A stretch of 64,000 nt of DNA from Thermoanaerobaculia bacterium. Its GTDB lineage: Bacteria; Acidobacteriota; Thermoanaerobaculia; Multivoradales; Multivoraceae. This document shows, piece by piece, positions 28,301-35,291 of this stretch. A program made the position numbers and the translations under genes. How positions within the stretch are numbered: the first letter of the stretch is position 1; each line of letters opens with the position of its first letter. The stretch is taken from assembly GCA_963666565.1 (NCBI GenBank), contig OY762911.1:3584001-3648000 (forward strand), read 5' to 3'. The notes beneath the pieces are model-generated. The model ran no database searches, was not told the origin of the DNA, and saw only the letters and a program-made list of their open reading frames with translations.

Positions 28301-29177
28301 TGAAGCGGGTGAAGGCGAAGTACTCCTCTACTTCGCCGGCCACGTCGACCTGGTCGCCGACGGCGACGGTGGGCGAGCCGGCATGGACGACGAAGATGCC
28401 GTCCGAGGTGTCCGCCTTGTTGTCGCTGCGGGAAGCGGGCGTCTGCATGAAGAAGCCGCCGGCGCCGACCGCGGTCACGATGTTGTCGTTCGTCGTCACC
28501 TTCGAGGAGCGCACGTACGGGCTGGACGCGCCGCTGCCCTGGATCTGCCAGATCTCGCCGGTGAAGGCCGGCAGGATGCGGCAGTCGCTGTTCTCGGCGC
28601 CCGGCGTGCCCTTGTCGCCGCTGCCGTAGGTGGCCGTCGACACGCACCAATTGGCGCCCACGCTGTTGTCCAGGGGCGACTTTCCCCTCTCGAACTTGAG
28701 CGCCGCGGAAGCGCCGTTGGCGTCCGGGAACGTCGCACCGTTGTCGTACTCGACGCGATCCTGTACAACGTTCGAGGCGTTCAGCAGGATGATCTTGTCC
28801 GAGCTGTTGCCCAGGAAGAAGTTGCTGTACTGGTAGTCGACCGTCACCCCGCCGTTAGTGGAGGAGTTGCTGTTGACTCCGAGGACCAGGTACCCCTTCG
28901 CGGCGATGACCAGGGTGCCGCCGGTTGCGGAGATCGTGTGGTCGCCGGTCAACGTCGCGTCGTCGTCGAGCTTCCAGCCGTTGATGTCGACCGCCGTAGT
29001 GCCGGCGTTGTAGAGCTCGAACCACTCTCCCATGTTGTCGTTCACCGCGGCGGGATTCTGGATGAACTCGTTGATCACGATCTGCCCGTGGCTGGCCAGC
29101 GGCCACGCCAGCAGGCCTGCGAACGCGCACGTCGCCAAGCGACGGCGACGGCGATGGTCGGAACCGCAGGTCTGCAT
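25350..29177 (-). CDS. Large secreted nuclease-like protein: lamin-tail domain, OB fold, endonuclease/exonuclease/phosphatase (ExeM/NucH-like), DUF11-like, FN3, and two Cys-bounded C-terminal repeats
   Basis: Signal peptide; IVINEF..EWFELYN and TPGAEN (LTD); IWQIQG and SDGIFV (OB); IGVQEV, VGDFN, LDHAL, SSDHD (EEP); PKAPSDL..W.DNS..Y.F.V.A.N (FN3). Confidence 0.88.
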   Translation of the reverse strand: MQTCGSDHRRRRRLATCAFAGLLAWPLASHGQIVINEFIQNPAAVNDNMGEWFELYNAGTTAVDINGWKLDDDATLTGDHTISATGGTLVIAAKGYLVLGVNSNSSTNGGVTVDYQYSNFFLGNSSDKIILLNASNVVQDRVEYDNGATFPDANGASAALKFERGKSPLDNSVGANWCVSTATYGSGDKGTPGAENSDCRILPAFTGEIWQIQGSGASSPYVRSSKVTTNDNIVTAVGAGGFFMQTPASRSDNKADTSDGIFVVHAGSPTVAVGDQVDVAGEVEEYFAFTRFKSGATVTVDASNQTVPAPVEFNASRPAPNPASANCAMEPECYEGMRIRIASGTVTTGSQYFGSDNTAEMYVRPSSGRAFREPGARYPGVSGRPGIPVWDGNPEVFELDPDKLGLTNVSWAPGTGFSATGVLGYEYGGYELWATELTSLGGGMVLPQAVRAKATGEVTVASLNLLNLRETSNDTKYDKLSLYIRQVLGAPDVIGVQEVYQQAALTKLANEIKTDDSGVVYTAYVKQTANSQAVGFLVRSGVSVETGFPKEHGSGETFVDPRDNSNDPVHDRLPIYIELSVGDFDFTVIDVHNRSRIDIDDAARGEWVRTKRLAQAQSVAKLVQQESDKGSKVIVVGDFNGFEFTDGYVDVVNQIKGNVKPGRNQISGPDLVDPNLCNLVDGLPATDRYSHIFQGNAQALDHALVNPAMSRHVVEMQFGRGNVDAAGLNRNTATNALASSDHDGLVVYLWKTDRGSSVCPKGIEDLAADGGFDEPGGTADLRLRASSRIVAPGRFQYTVKVENAGPDLAREVVVTSSFSAGLTSLETSTYGCEEDPDGVPECTLGDIAVGRSADFTIDVEAAAAGEAMLRFRATVGSVAMDPSPDDDAIEIDQAFAPPKAPSDLVATALSGTEIELRWRDNSVTERSFAIFQQGPGDSKLRLIGTAPANRTSTIVNELVPNVTYRFAVEARNGVLHSERTPKAAATTWTSETARCDEGDVLCLGRFQVEVAWDDGAGSAGRGMAERLTGRTGDFWFFHPANIEVVAKVLDGCAVNGHYWVYAVGLTDVAVTMTVRDLRSGSPYAGVPTSNVEKSWTSAAGDTFGPIVDQEAFATCDAGAGGARAHVLSGAPLGRFGEALRDGPAQLVAGSHGGGATANCGADGRSLCLQDGRYEVRANWRAGEESGVAAGIPRTADTGMFWFFSPDNVELVVKVLDGCALNGHRWVVMGGLTDVGVEIAVRDTAPGGAARSYMSAEGSPFATNLDVTAFPCSAGP

Positions 29178-29278
29178 GGGGATCCCCTCCTGAGTCGACC
29201 GCTGCCCGCTCCCCGAACCGGAGCGGAGGCAACGCTCCGGGGACGGTCAGCGAAGGTTGCCGACCACTATAGCCGCAG

Positions 29279-29300
29279 ATCGTCAAGAGAACTTGACGAT
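29279..29300. promoter_or_regulatory. Palindromic operator candidate upstream of the nuclease gene
   Basis: Perfect ATCGTCAAG-AGAA-CTTGACGAT next to a minus-strand TATAGT (29266-29271). Confidence 0.55.
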
Positions 29301-29351
29301 TCTCCGGATTGCATTACGACTTCGCGGCCGAGTCGGCGCCGCCGGCCCGAC

Positions 29352-30575
29352 TCAGCGTTGTCGACTCGACGCGCCGCGGCCGGGATCTCCGACCCGGCCA
29401 TCCGGTTCGCCTCCCAGACCGCGGAGAATCTCCCGCGCGCGGGGGTGATCCGGGTCGAGTTGGAGCGCCTTCTCCAACTGCCGCAGTCCTTCCTCGGGGT
29501 GTCCCGTCCTGATGTAGGCGATGGTGAGGAGAGCGTAGGCGTCGGCGCGCCCGGGATCGATCTCGATCGCCCGCTCCAGGGCGGCGGCGGCCTCCGGGTT
29601 GCGGTCGGCGAGGCCGTAGACGACGCCCAGGTTGAGGTGGGCGTCGTAGGAGTCGGGATCGAGCCGCAGGACCTGGCGGTAGAGGCGTTCGGCGGCGGCG
29701 TGCTCCCCCGCCGCCAGCCGCTCGTTCGCGGTCCGGATCATCGTCTGGGTGTCCCGGACCAGATCGAAGACGGCCTCCAGCATCGGGTCGTCGAGGCTCG
29801 AAACCTCCGCGTTCTCCAGCCCGGCCAGGAGTTCGCCGGCGCGCGCCGGGTTGCCGAGTTGCCGCTCGGTCGTGGCCAGCAGGTAGCGGGTCTCGCGGTG
29901 CGCCGGATCGAGCGCGAGCGCCGCGCGCAGATGCGCGGCCGCGGCCTCCGGCCGGCCCCGGCGCCGGGCCGCCTTGCCCAGACCGAGTTCGCCCCAGGGG
30001 GCGCCGGGCGCCGCGGCTCGCGCCGCGCGGAACGCCCGCTCGGCGCCGTCCGGGTCGTTCGCGGCGAGCAGGGCGTTGCCGAGCCGGACGCGGGCGGCCC
30101 AGTACGACGGCCGGAGTTCCAGGGTGCGCTCGAAGCGGCGGGCCGCTTCGCCGTGAGCGCCGCGGCCGGCGGCGAGGAAGCCGAGGTAGTACGGCCACTC
30201 GGGCGCCGAGGGATCGAGCCGTTCCGCCAGCTCGTAGCAGCGGCGGGCCTGGTCGACGTAGCGGTGAGCCTGGTAGAGGCGGCCCAGGGCGCCGACGGAG
30301 GCGCCGTTCGCCGGGTCGCGGTCGACGACCGAGAGGGCGTCGCGGACGGCGGTGGCGAAGCCGGGGTCGAGGTCGGAGAGGTCGGGGATGCGGGGGACTC
30401 CGGCGGCTGCGGCAGCAGGCGAGAGTGCTTCGGGCCGGTAGTCCGACGGCGGCCCGGCGCAGCCGAGCAGGAGGGCCAGCAGGACCGCGGATGCGGGCCG
30501 AAGTGACGTTCGCTGAGTGGAGCGACGCCACCAGTGTCGCCGTTGTTCCGGGTGCGCGGGTCTTCCGACCCGCAT
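29352..30575 (-). CDS. Tetratricopeptide-repeat lipoprotein
   Basis: Lipobox LLLGC and many TPR units (AHLNLGVVY, ALQLDPDH). Start uncertain; the nearest in-frame ATG abuts the REP unit. Confidence 0.85.
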   Translation of the reverse strand: MRVGRPAHPEQRRHWWRRSTQRTSLRPASAVLLALLLGCAGPPSDYRPEALSPAAAAAGVPRIPDLSDLDPGFATAVRDALSVVDRDPANGASVGALGRLYQAHRYVDQARRCYELAERLDPSAPEWPYYLGFLAAGRGAHGEAARRFERTLELRPSYWAARVRLGNALLAANDPDGAERAFRAARAAAPGAPWGELGLGKAARRRGRPEAAAAHLRAALALDPAHRETRYLLATTERQLGNPARAGELLAGLENAEVSSLDDPMLEAVFDLVRDTQTMIRTANERLAAGEHAAAERLYRQVLRLDPDSYDAHLNLGVVYGLADRNPEAAAALERAIEIDPGRADAYALLTIAYIRTGHPEEGLRQLEKALQLDPDHPRAREILRGLGGEPDGRVGDPGRGASSRQR

Positions 30576-30687
30576 CCGCCGGAGGCGGCGTCCAGAATCG
30601 TCGCCGGCCTCCGGCCGGCGGCCGTACCGTTCGGGTTGCGCCGCTCCGCGGCGCCCCCCGCAGGCGGGTCGGAAGACCCGCGCACCC
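30550..30687. repeat. 138-bp REPIN-like doublet
   Basis: Family A units at 30550-30573 and 30664-30687; same length and similar body to 14485-14622. Confidence 0.92.
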
Positions 30688-30699
30688 AGAGTCAGGGCG

Positions 30700-32454
30700 T
30701 CACTCCGCGTCACGGCAGACTCCCTCGGCGGGCCGTTCGTCGCCGGGCGCCAGAAGGCGCAGAATGCGGTTCGCCTCCACGTCCGTCCGCTCGGTGAGGG
30801 CGCCATCGGGCCAGCGCACTTCCAGCCGGTCGACGCGGCCGGCGTCGCCGAGGCCGAAGTGGATCCGTGGATCGTTGGCGACGGCGAAGCCGTGGGCGGG
30901 GCGAACATCGCGGGAGAAGCTCCGCCCTGCCGCCTCGACGGTCACCCGCGCGCCGATAGCCGAGCGGTCGAAAACGCCGCCGCCGCAGAGGTCGACGATC
31001 AGCCAAGAGTGCGCGTTGCCGACCTCGTTCCAGAGCAGCCGCGCGGGTCCTTCGTTGTTGACGAGCAGGACGTCGACGTCGCCGTCGTTGTCCAGGTCGC
31101 CGAACGCGGCGCCCCGGCTCACTTCGAGGAGCTCGAACGCGGCGCCCGCCGAGGCCGACGCGTCTTCGTAGCGTCCCGAGGGCAGACCGCGCAGCAACTG
31201 GTTCGGCTCGCGATAGTCGAAGGCGGCGGTGTCGCCCGGCGTCACCTTGCCGTTGGCGACGAACAGGTCGAGAATGCCGTCGCCGTCGTAGTCGAACCAG
31301 GACGTGCCGAAGCCGGTGTAGGGCTTGCTCACGCCGCCGAGGCCCAGTTCGTCCGTCTCGTCCAGGAAGAAGCCGCCGCCGTCGTTGCGGTAGAAGGTGT
31401 TCGTCTCGCCGCTCAGGTGGGTCAGGAACAGGTCGAGGTCGCCGTCGCCGTCCGGGTCGGCCACGGCGATTCCCATGCCGGCTTCGGGCTGGCCCAGTTC
31501 GTTGAGCGCCGCGCCGCGTGCCAGGGCGTCCTCGCGGAACGTGCCGTCGCCCCGGTTCAGCCACAGGTGGTTCGCCGCCTGGTCGTTGGCGACGTACAGA
31601 TCGACCAGGCCGTCGCCGTCGAAGTCCGCCGCCGCCGCGCCCAGCCCCGGACCGGCGACGGAGCGGATGCCGGCGGTCTCGCTCACGTCGGCGAAGCGGC
31701 CGCCGCCCTCGTTGCGGTAGAGCGTGTCCGGCGCAGGCGGGTACTCGGCCGGGTTGCAGTAGTTGCGGAGTCCGTTCGGCCCCAGGCAAGGCCGCTCCCG
31801 CGCGGCGCTCCAGACGACGTAGTTGACGACGAAGAGGTCCAGGTCCAGGTCGCCGTCGTAGTCGAAGAAGACGCCGCCCGAGGACCAGGCCGGATCGTCG
31901 ACGCCGGCCCGCGCGGTCACGTCCTCGAACGCGCCGCCGCCCAGGTTCCGGTAGAGACGGTTGGCGCCGACGTTCATCACGTAGAGGTCCACCCGGCCGT
32001 CCCGGTCGTAGTCGGCGGCGGTGGCGGCCGCGCCGTAGCGGGTGTCGCCGACCCCGGCGGCCTCCGTCGCTTCCTCGAAGGCGCCGCCGCCCAGGTTGCG
32101 GTAGAGACGGTTGCCGGGCTGGCCGGCGGCCGGGCCGCCGGATGGGGGCAAGGCGCCCACGTTGCCAAGGGCTCCTGGAACCGGACCGCTCTGCACCAGG
32201 TAGACGTCGAGCAGTCCGTCGTCGTCGAAGTCGAGCAGCGCGGCGCCTCCCACCAGAAGCTCGGGGTAGTTGTAGTCGCCGGCTGCGCCGTTGCGGTGGA
32301 CGAAGTCCAGGCCCGCCTCGGACGCGCGTTCGACGAAAACCGGCGCCGCCGAGGGAACCGCCGTGGACACATCCGTGCCGCCGTCCGCTTCGCCGCACGC
32401 CAGGAGCACCGCAGCCGGAAGAACCAGGGCGAGGCCTTTGGAAGAACGCCGCAT
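30700..32454 (-). CDS. CRTAC1/ASPIC-UnbV family lipoprotein with FG-GAP repeats
   Basis: Lipobox LLAC, repeated DxDxDGxxDL motifs, C-terminal AIGARV...IHFGLG...VRWPDG. Confidence 0.92.
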   Translation of the reverse strand: MRRSSKGLALVLPAAVLLACGEADGGTDVSTAVPSAAPVFVERASEAGLDFVHRNGAAGDYNYPELLVGGAALLDFDDDGLLDVYLVQSGPVPGALGNVGALPPSGGPAAGQPGNRLYRNLGGGAFEEATEAAGVGDTRYGAAATAADYDRDGRVDLYVMNVGANRLYRNLGGGAFEDVTARAGVDDPAWSSGGVFFDYDGDLDLDLFVVNYVVWSAARERPCLGPNGLRNYCNPAEYPPAPDTLYRNEGGGRFADVSETAGIRSVAGPGLGAAAADFDGDGLVDLYVANDQAANHLWLNRGDGTFREDALARGAALNELGQPEAGMGIAVADPDGDGDLDLFLTHLSGETNTFYRNDGGGFFLDETDELGLGGVSKPYTGFGTSWFDYDGDGILDLFVANGKVTPGDTAAFDYREPNQLLRGLPSGRYEDASASAGAAFELLEVSRGAAFGDLDNDGDVDVLLVNNEGPARLLWNEVGNAHSWLIVDLCGGGVFDRSAIGARVTVEAAGRSFSRDVRPAHGFAVANDPRIHFGLGDAGRVDRLEVRWPDGALTERTDVEANRILRLLAPGDERPAEGVCRDAE

Positions 32455-32539
32455 GGCCGCGACAGACACTATCCGCGAGACGACGCCGGCCGCTCGCGGC
32501 ATGGGTTCACGAAGCCGGTGAACAACCGGTCCGGCTCCG

Positions 32540-32578
32540 TTGACAGGAATCGGGAACAGGTGATACAGATTTCTGTAT
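32540..32578 (+). promoter_or_regulatory. vapBC promoter and autoregulatory operator
   Basis: TTGACA at 32540-32545; perfect inverted repeat ATACAGA-TT-TCTGTAT (32563-32578) overlapping the ATG; no RBS. Confidence 0.7.
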
Positions 32579-32816
32579 GAAGACCACACTGAACTTCGAC
32601 GACCGCCTGATCAAGGCGGCCAAGGTACGCGCCGCGGAGGATGGCGAACCGCTGACCCGGCTGATCGAGCGGGCCATCCGGCAGTACCTGCGGCCACCAC
32701 AGCGGGCCGAGGAACCGTTCAAGCTGAAACTCGTCACGAAGCGGTTCCGTACCATGCCGGGTGTTGACTTCGACGACCGCAACTCCCTCTACGACATCAT
32801 GGACGGCCTCGATTGA
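32577..32816 (+). CDS. vapB: Ribbon-helix-helix antitoxin
   Basis: MKTTLNFDDRL RHH start; TTGA overlap with the PIN toxin. Confidence 0.85.
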   Translation: MKTTLNFDDRLIKAAKVRAAEDGEPLTRLIERAIRQYLRPPQRAEEPFKLKLVTKRFRTMPGVDFDDRNSLYDIMDGLD

Positions 32817-33244
32817 TCGCCGTCGATACGAACGTCCTCCTTTACGCCCATCAGGACGGTTCTCCAAGGCAACGTGCGGCACAGGGGATCCTCGCCGCCC
32901 TGGCTGGGACCCTGACGCCCTGGGCAATCCCCGTCTTCTGCCTCGGCGAGTTGATGCGCCTGCTCACGCATCCGCGGCTGGTCACCCCGTCCTACTCGCC
33001 GGAGAAGGCCTGTGAGACTGTTTCCAACCTGCTCGAGGCGCCGAGCGTCGTACTCCTGCGGCCGGGACCGCACTATGCGCAACTCCTGCTCGAGGCCATC
33101 CGCGAGGTGAACGCCGTCGGCAACCTCGTCTTCGACGCCCAGATCGTGGCGCTCTGCCGTGAACACGGCGTCTCCAAGCTGTTCACGGAGGATCGCGACT
33201 TCGACCGCTTCAAGGGACTCCGGACGGAGAAACTCAAGTTCTGA
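32813..33244 (+). CDS. vapC: PIN-domain ribonuclease toxin
   Basis: AVDTNVLLYA, conserved Glu, FDAQIVA, TEDRDF acidic residues. Confidence 0.92.
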   Translation: MIAVDTNVLLYAHQDGSPRQRAAQGILAALAGTLTPWAIPVFCLGELMRLLTHPRLVTPSYSPEKACETVSNLLEAPSVVLLRPGPHYAQLLLEAIREVNAVGNLVFDAQIVALCREHGVSKLFTEDRDFDRFKGLRTEKLKF

Positions 33245-33321
33245 ACTCCCGATCTCGCCTGTCCGGAGCCGGAGGAGCCGGCACGGCGACCGAATAGACT
33301 CGCCCGAGGAGGACTCGCCTC

Positions 33322-33813
33322 ATGTCCACGCCACAGCACCGCGGCCATCGCGCCCGATTCGCTCGCGAGACGGCGCTGGCCGCCCTCGTCATCGGCGCCG
33401 CTCTGGCCGCGATTCCGGCCGCCGCGGCCGAGAAGGACCCGGTCTTCACGAGCCGCGGCAACCTGGCCATCCGCGGCCACGACCCGGTCGCGTACTTCAA
33501 GGAAGGCAAGGCGGTCAAGGGCGACAGGGACTTCACCCTCGGCTGGCAGGGCGCCGACTGGCGGTTCGCCAGCGCCGCGAACCGGGACCTCTTCGCCGCC
33601 TCGCCAGAGAAGTACGCGCCGCAGTACGGCGGCTACTGCGCCTGGGCGGTCAGCCGCAACTACACCGCTCCTACCGACCCGGACGCGTTCACCGTCGTGG
33701 ACGGCAAGCTCTACCTGAACTACAACCGGAAGGTCATGGAGCAGTGGCTCGAAAACCGCGACCGGAACATCGAGAAGGCCGACGGCAACTGGCCCGCGGT
33801 GCTCGAGGAGTAG
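33322..33813 (+). CDS. Secreted YHS-domain protein
   Basis: AIRGHDPVAYF, PEKYAPQYGGYCAW, GKLYLN, ADGNW. Confidence 0.9.
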   Translation: MSTPQHRGHRARFARETALAALVIGAALAAIPAAAAEKDPVFTSRGNLAIRGHDPVAYFKEGKAVKGDRDFTLGWQGADWRFASAANRDLFAASPEKYAPQYGGYCAWAVSRNYTAPTDPDAFTVVDGKLYLNYNRKVMEQWLENRDRNIEKADGNWPAVLEE

Positions 33814-33962
33814 CCGCTCATCCCCCTACACGTCCTGGCTTCGCCTTCACCGCGCGGAGGCCATCCTCCGCCGCCCTCTGACCGCGCCGTCGCTTCCGGG
33901 CGGACGCGGGCGGAGTGCCCGCGGATCGTCCGTGGCGTTCCTTTGGCCGCCCTCGGCGGCAA

Positions 33963-33985
33963 GCGGGTCAGAAGACCCGCGCACC
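33963..33985. repeat. REP-like family A unit
   Basis: GCGGGTCAGAAGACCCGCGCACC preceded by a GCCGCC-CTC-GGCGGC hairpin. Confidence 0.85.
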
Positions 33986-34037
33986 GACGGCCTGGCGAGC
34001 CGACGTTTCGTTGTGCATCAAGTGGCGGGGGCCCTCG

Positions 34038-35291
34038 ATGAAACTGCTCGCCTTCAGCGACGTTCACCTGGACTCGAAGTTCGGTTGGGCGACCCGGGAA
34101 GTCGCCCGCCGGCAGCGCCAGCGGCTGCGCGAGGGGGTGGCCTGGGCGTTCGAGCAGGCCCGGGAGGAAGGCGCCGCCGCGGTACTGATCGGCGGCGACC
34201 TCTTCGAGCACGAGCTCGTATCGCCGGACACGGTCGACTTCCTCCGCAGGACCTTCGAACGGTCCGGCCTCCGTGTCTTCGCCGCCCCGGGGAATCACGA
34301 CCCCGCCTCCGGGGAGAGTCCCTACCGACGCGACGACTGGCCGGACAACGTCCACATCTTCCGTGAGACGAACTTCACCGGCGAGCGCCTCGCCGACGAG
34401 GTCACGATCTGGGGCGCGGCGCACCGCAAGCCGGTCGACACGCCGAGCTTCTTCGACGACGGCTTCCGAGTCCCGGGCGGCGCCGGCGTTCACGTCGCCG
34501 TCTTCCACGGCGAGGAGCGGAGCGCCGCCTTCCAGGGCCAGTACCGCCACGCTCCGTTCGAGAGCGCCCAGATCGCCGCCGCCGGCTTCGACCACGCCGT
34601 GGTCGGCCATTCTCACAACCCGGCCGACCGTCCGCACTGGACCCGGCTCGGCTCGCTCGAGCAGCTCGCGTTCGGCGGCGCCTGGGGCAACGCCGCGATC
34701 CTGGAGATCGTGGACGGCCGCGTGACAGCGCGGCGGCTCGACCCGCGGCCGCCCGCGCTGCACAGCCTGAGCGTGGACCTGACGGACGCGGAGAGCGCCG
34801 ACGAGGCGCGAACCCTGGTCGCCGGCGCACTCGCCGAGCTGGTCGGCGCGGCCCGCGTCCGGCTGACCGGCGAGCCCGACGGCCTCCCCCTCCACGCCGA
34901 CGACTTCGCCGCCGGCGCCTTCGATCCGCCGGACGGAATCGACCAGGTGTTCGTCGACGCGTCCGGGCTGGCGTCTCCCTACGACCTGGAGCAGATCGAA
35001 CGGGAACCGACCGTCCGCGGCATGTTCGTGCGGCGCGTTCGCGAAGACGGCCTCGACCCGGAGACCGAGCGTCTCGTCCTGCTCGCCGGCCTGCGCGCCC
35101 TCGACGGCCGGGACATCGGCCTCGTGGACGAACTCCGCATGAGGGCCGGCACCGAGCAAGGAGCCTCGGCCGGAGCAGCCGAAGCGGCCGAAGCAACCGA
35201 AGCAGCCGAAGCGGCCGCGATCGTCACCGCGACCGAAGCGGCTGAAGCGGCCGAGGCGGCCGCGACCCAGGCCGAAGAAGCGTCTGCATGA
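34038..35291 (+). CDS. Mre11/SbcD/YhaO-like metallophosphoesterase DNA nuclease
   Basis: SDVHLD, GGDLFE, PGNHD, FHG and GHSH motifs; Ala/Glu-rich repeat tail. Confidence 0.9.
   Translation: MKLLAFSDVHLDSKFGWATREVARRQRQRLREGVAWAFEQAREEGAAAVLIGGDLFEHELVSPDTVDFLRRTFERSGLRVFAAPGNHDPASGESPYRRDDWPDNVHIFRETNFTGERLADEVTIWGAAHRKPVDTPSFFDDGFRVPGGAGVHVAVFHGEERSAAFQGQYRHAPFESAQIAAAGFDHAVVGHSHNPADRPHWTRLGSLEQLAFGGAWGNAAILEIVDGRVTARRLDPRPPALHSLSVDLTDAESADEARTLVAGALAELVGAARVRLTGEPDGLPLHADDFAAGAFDPPDGIDQVFVDASGLASPYDLEQIEREPTVRGMFVRRVREDGLDPETERLVLLAGLRALDGRDIGLVDELRMRAGTEQGASAGAAEAAEATEAAEAAAIVTATEAAEAAEAAATQAEEASA

Noticed and set aside
33322-33813. Selenoprotein version of the YHS protein
   Set aside because: The GGYC position is a TGC Cys codon and there is no in-frame TGA
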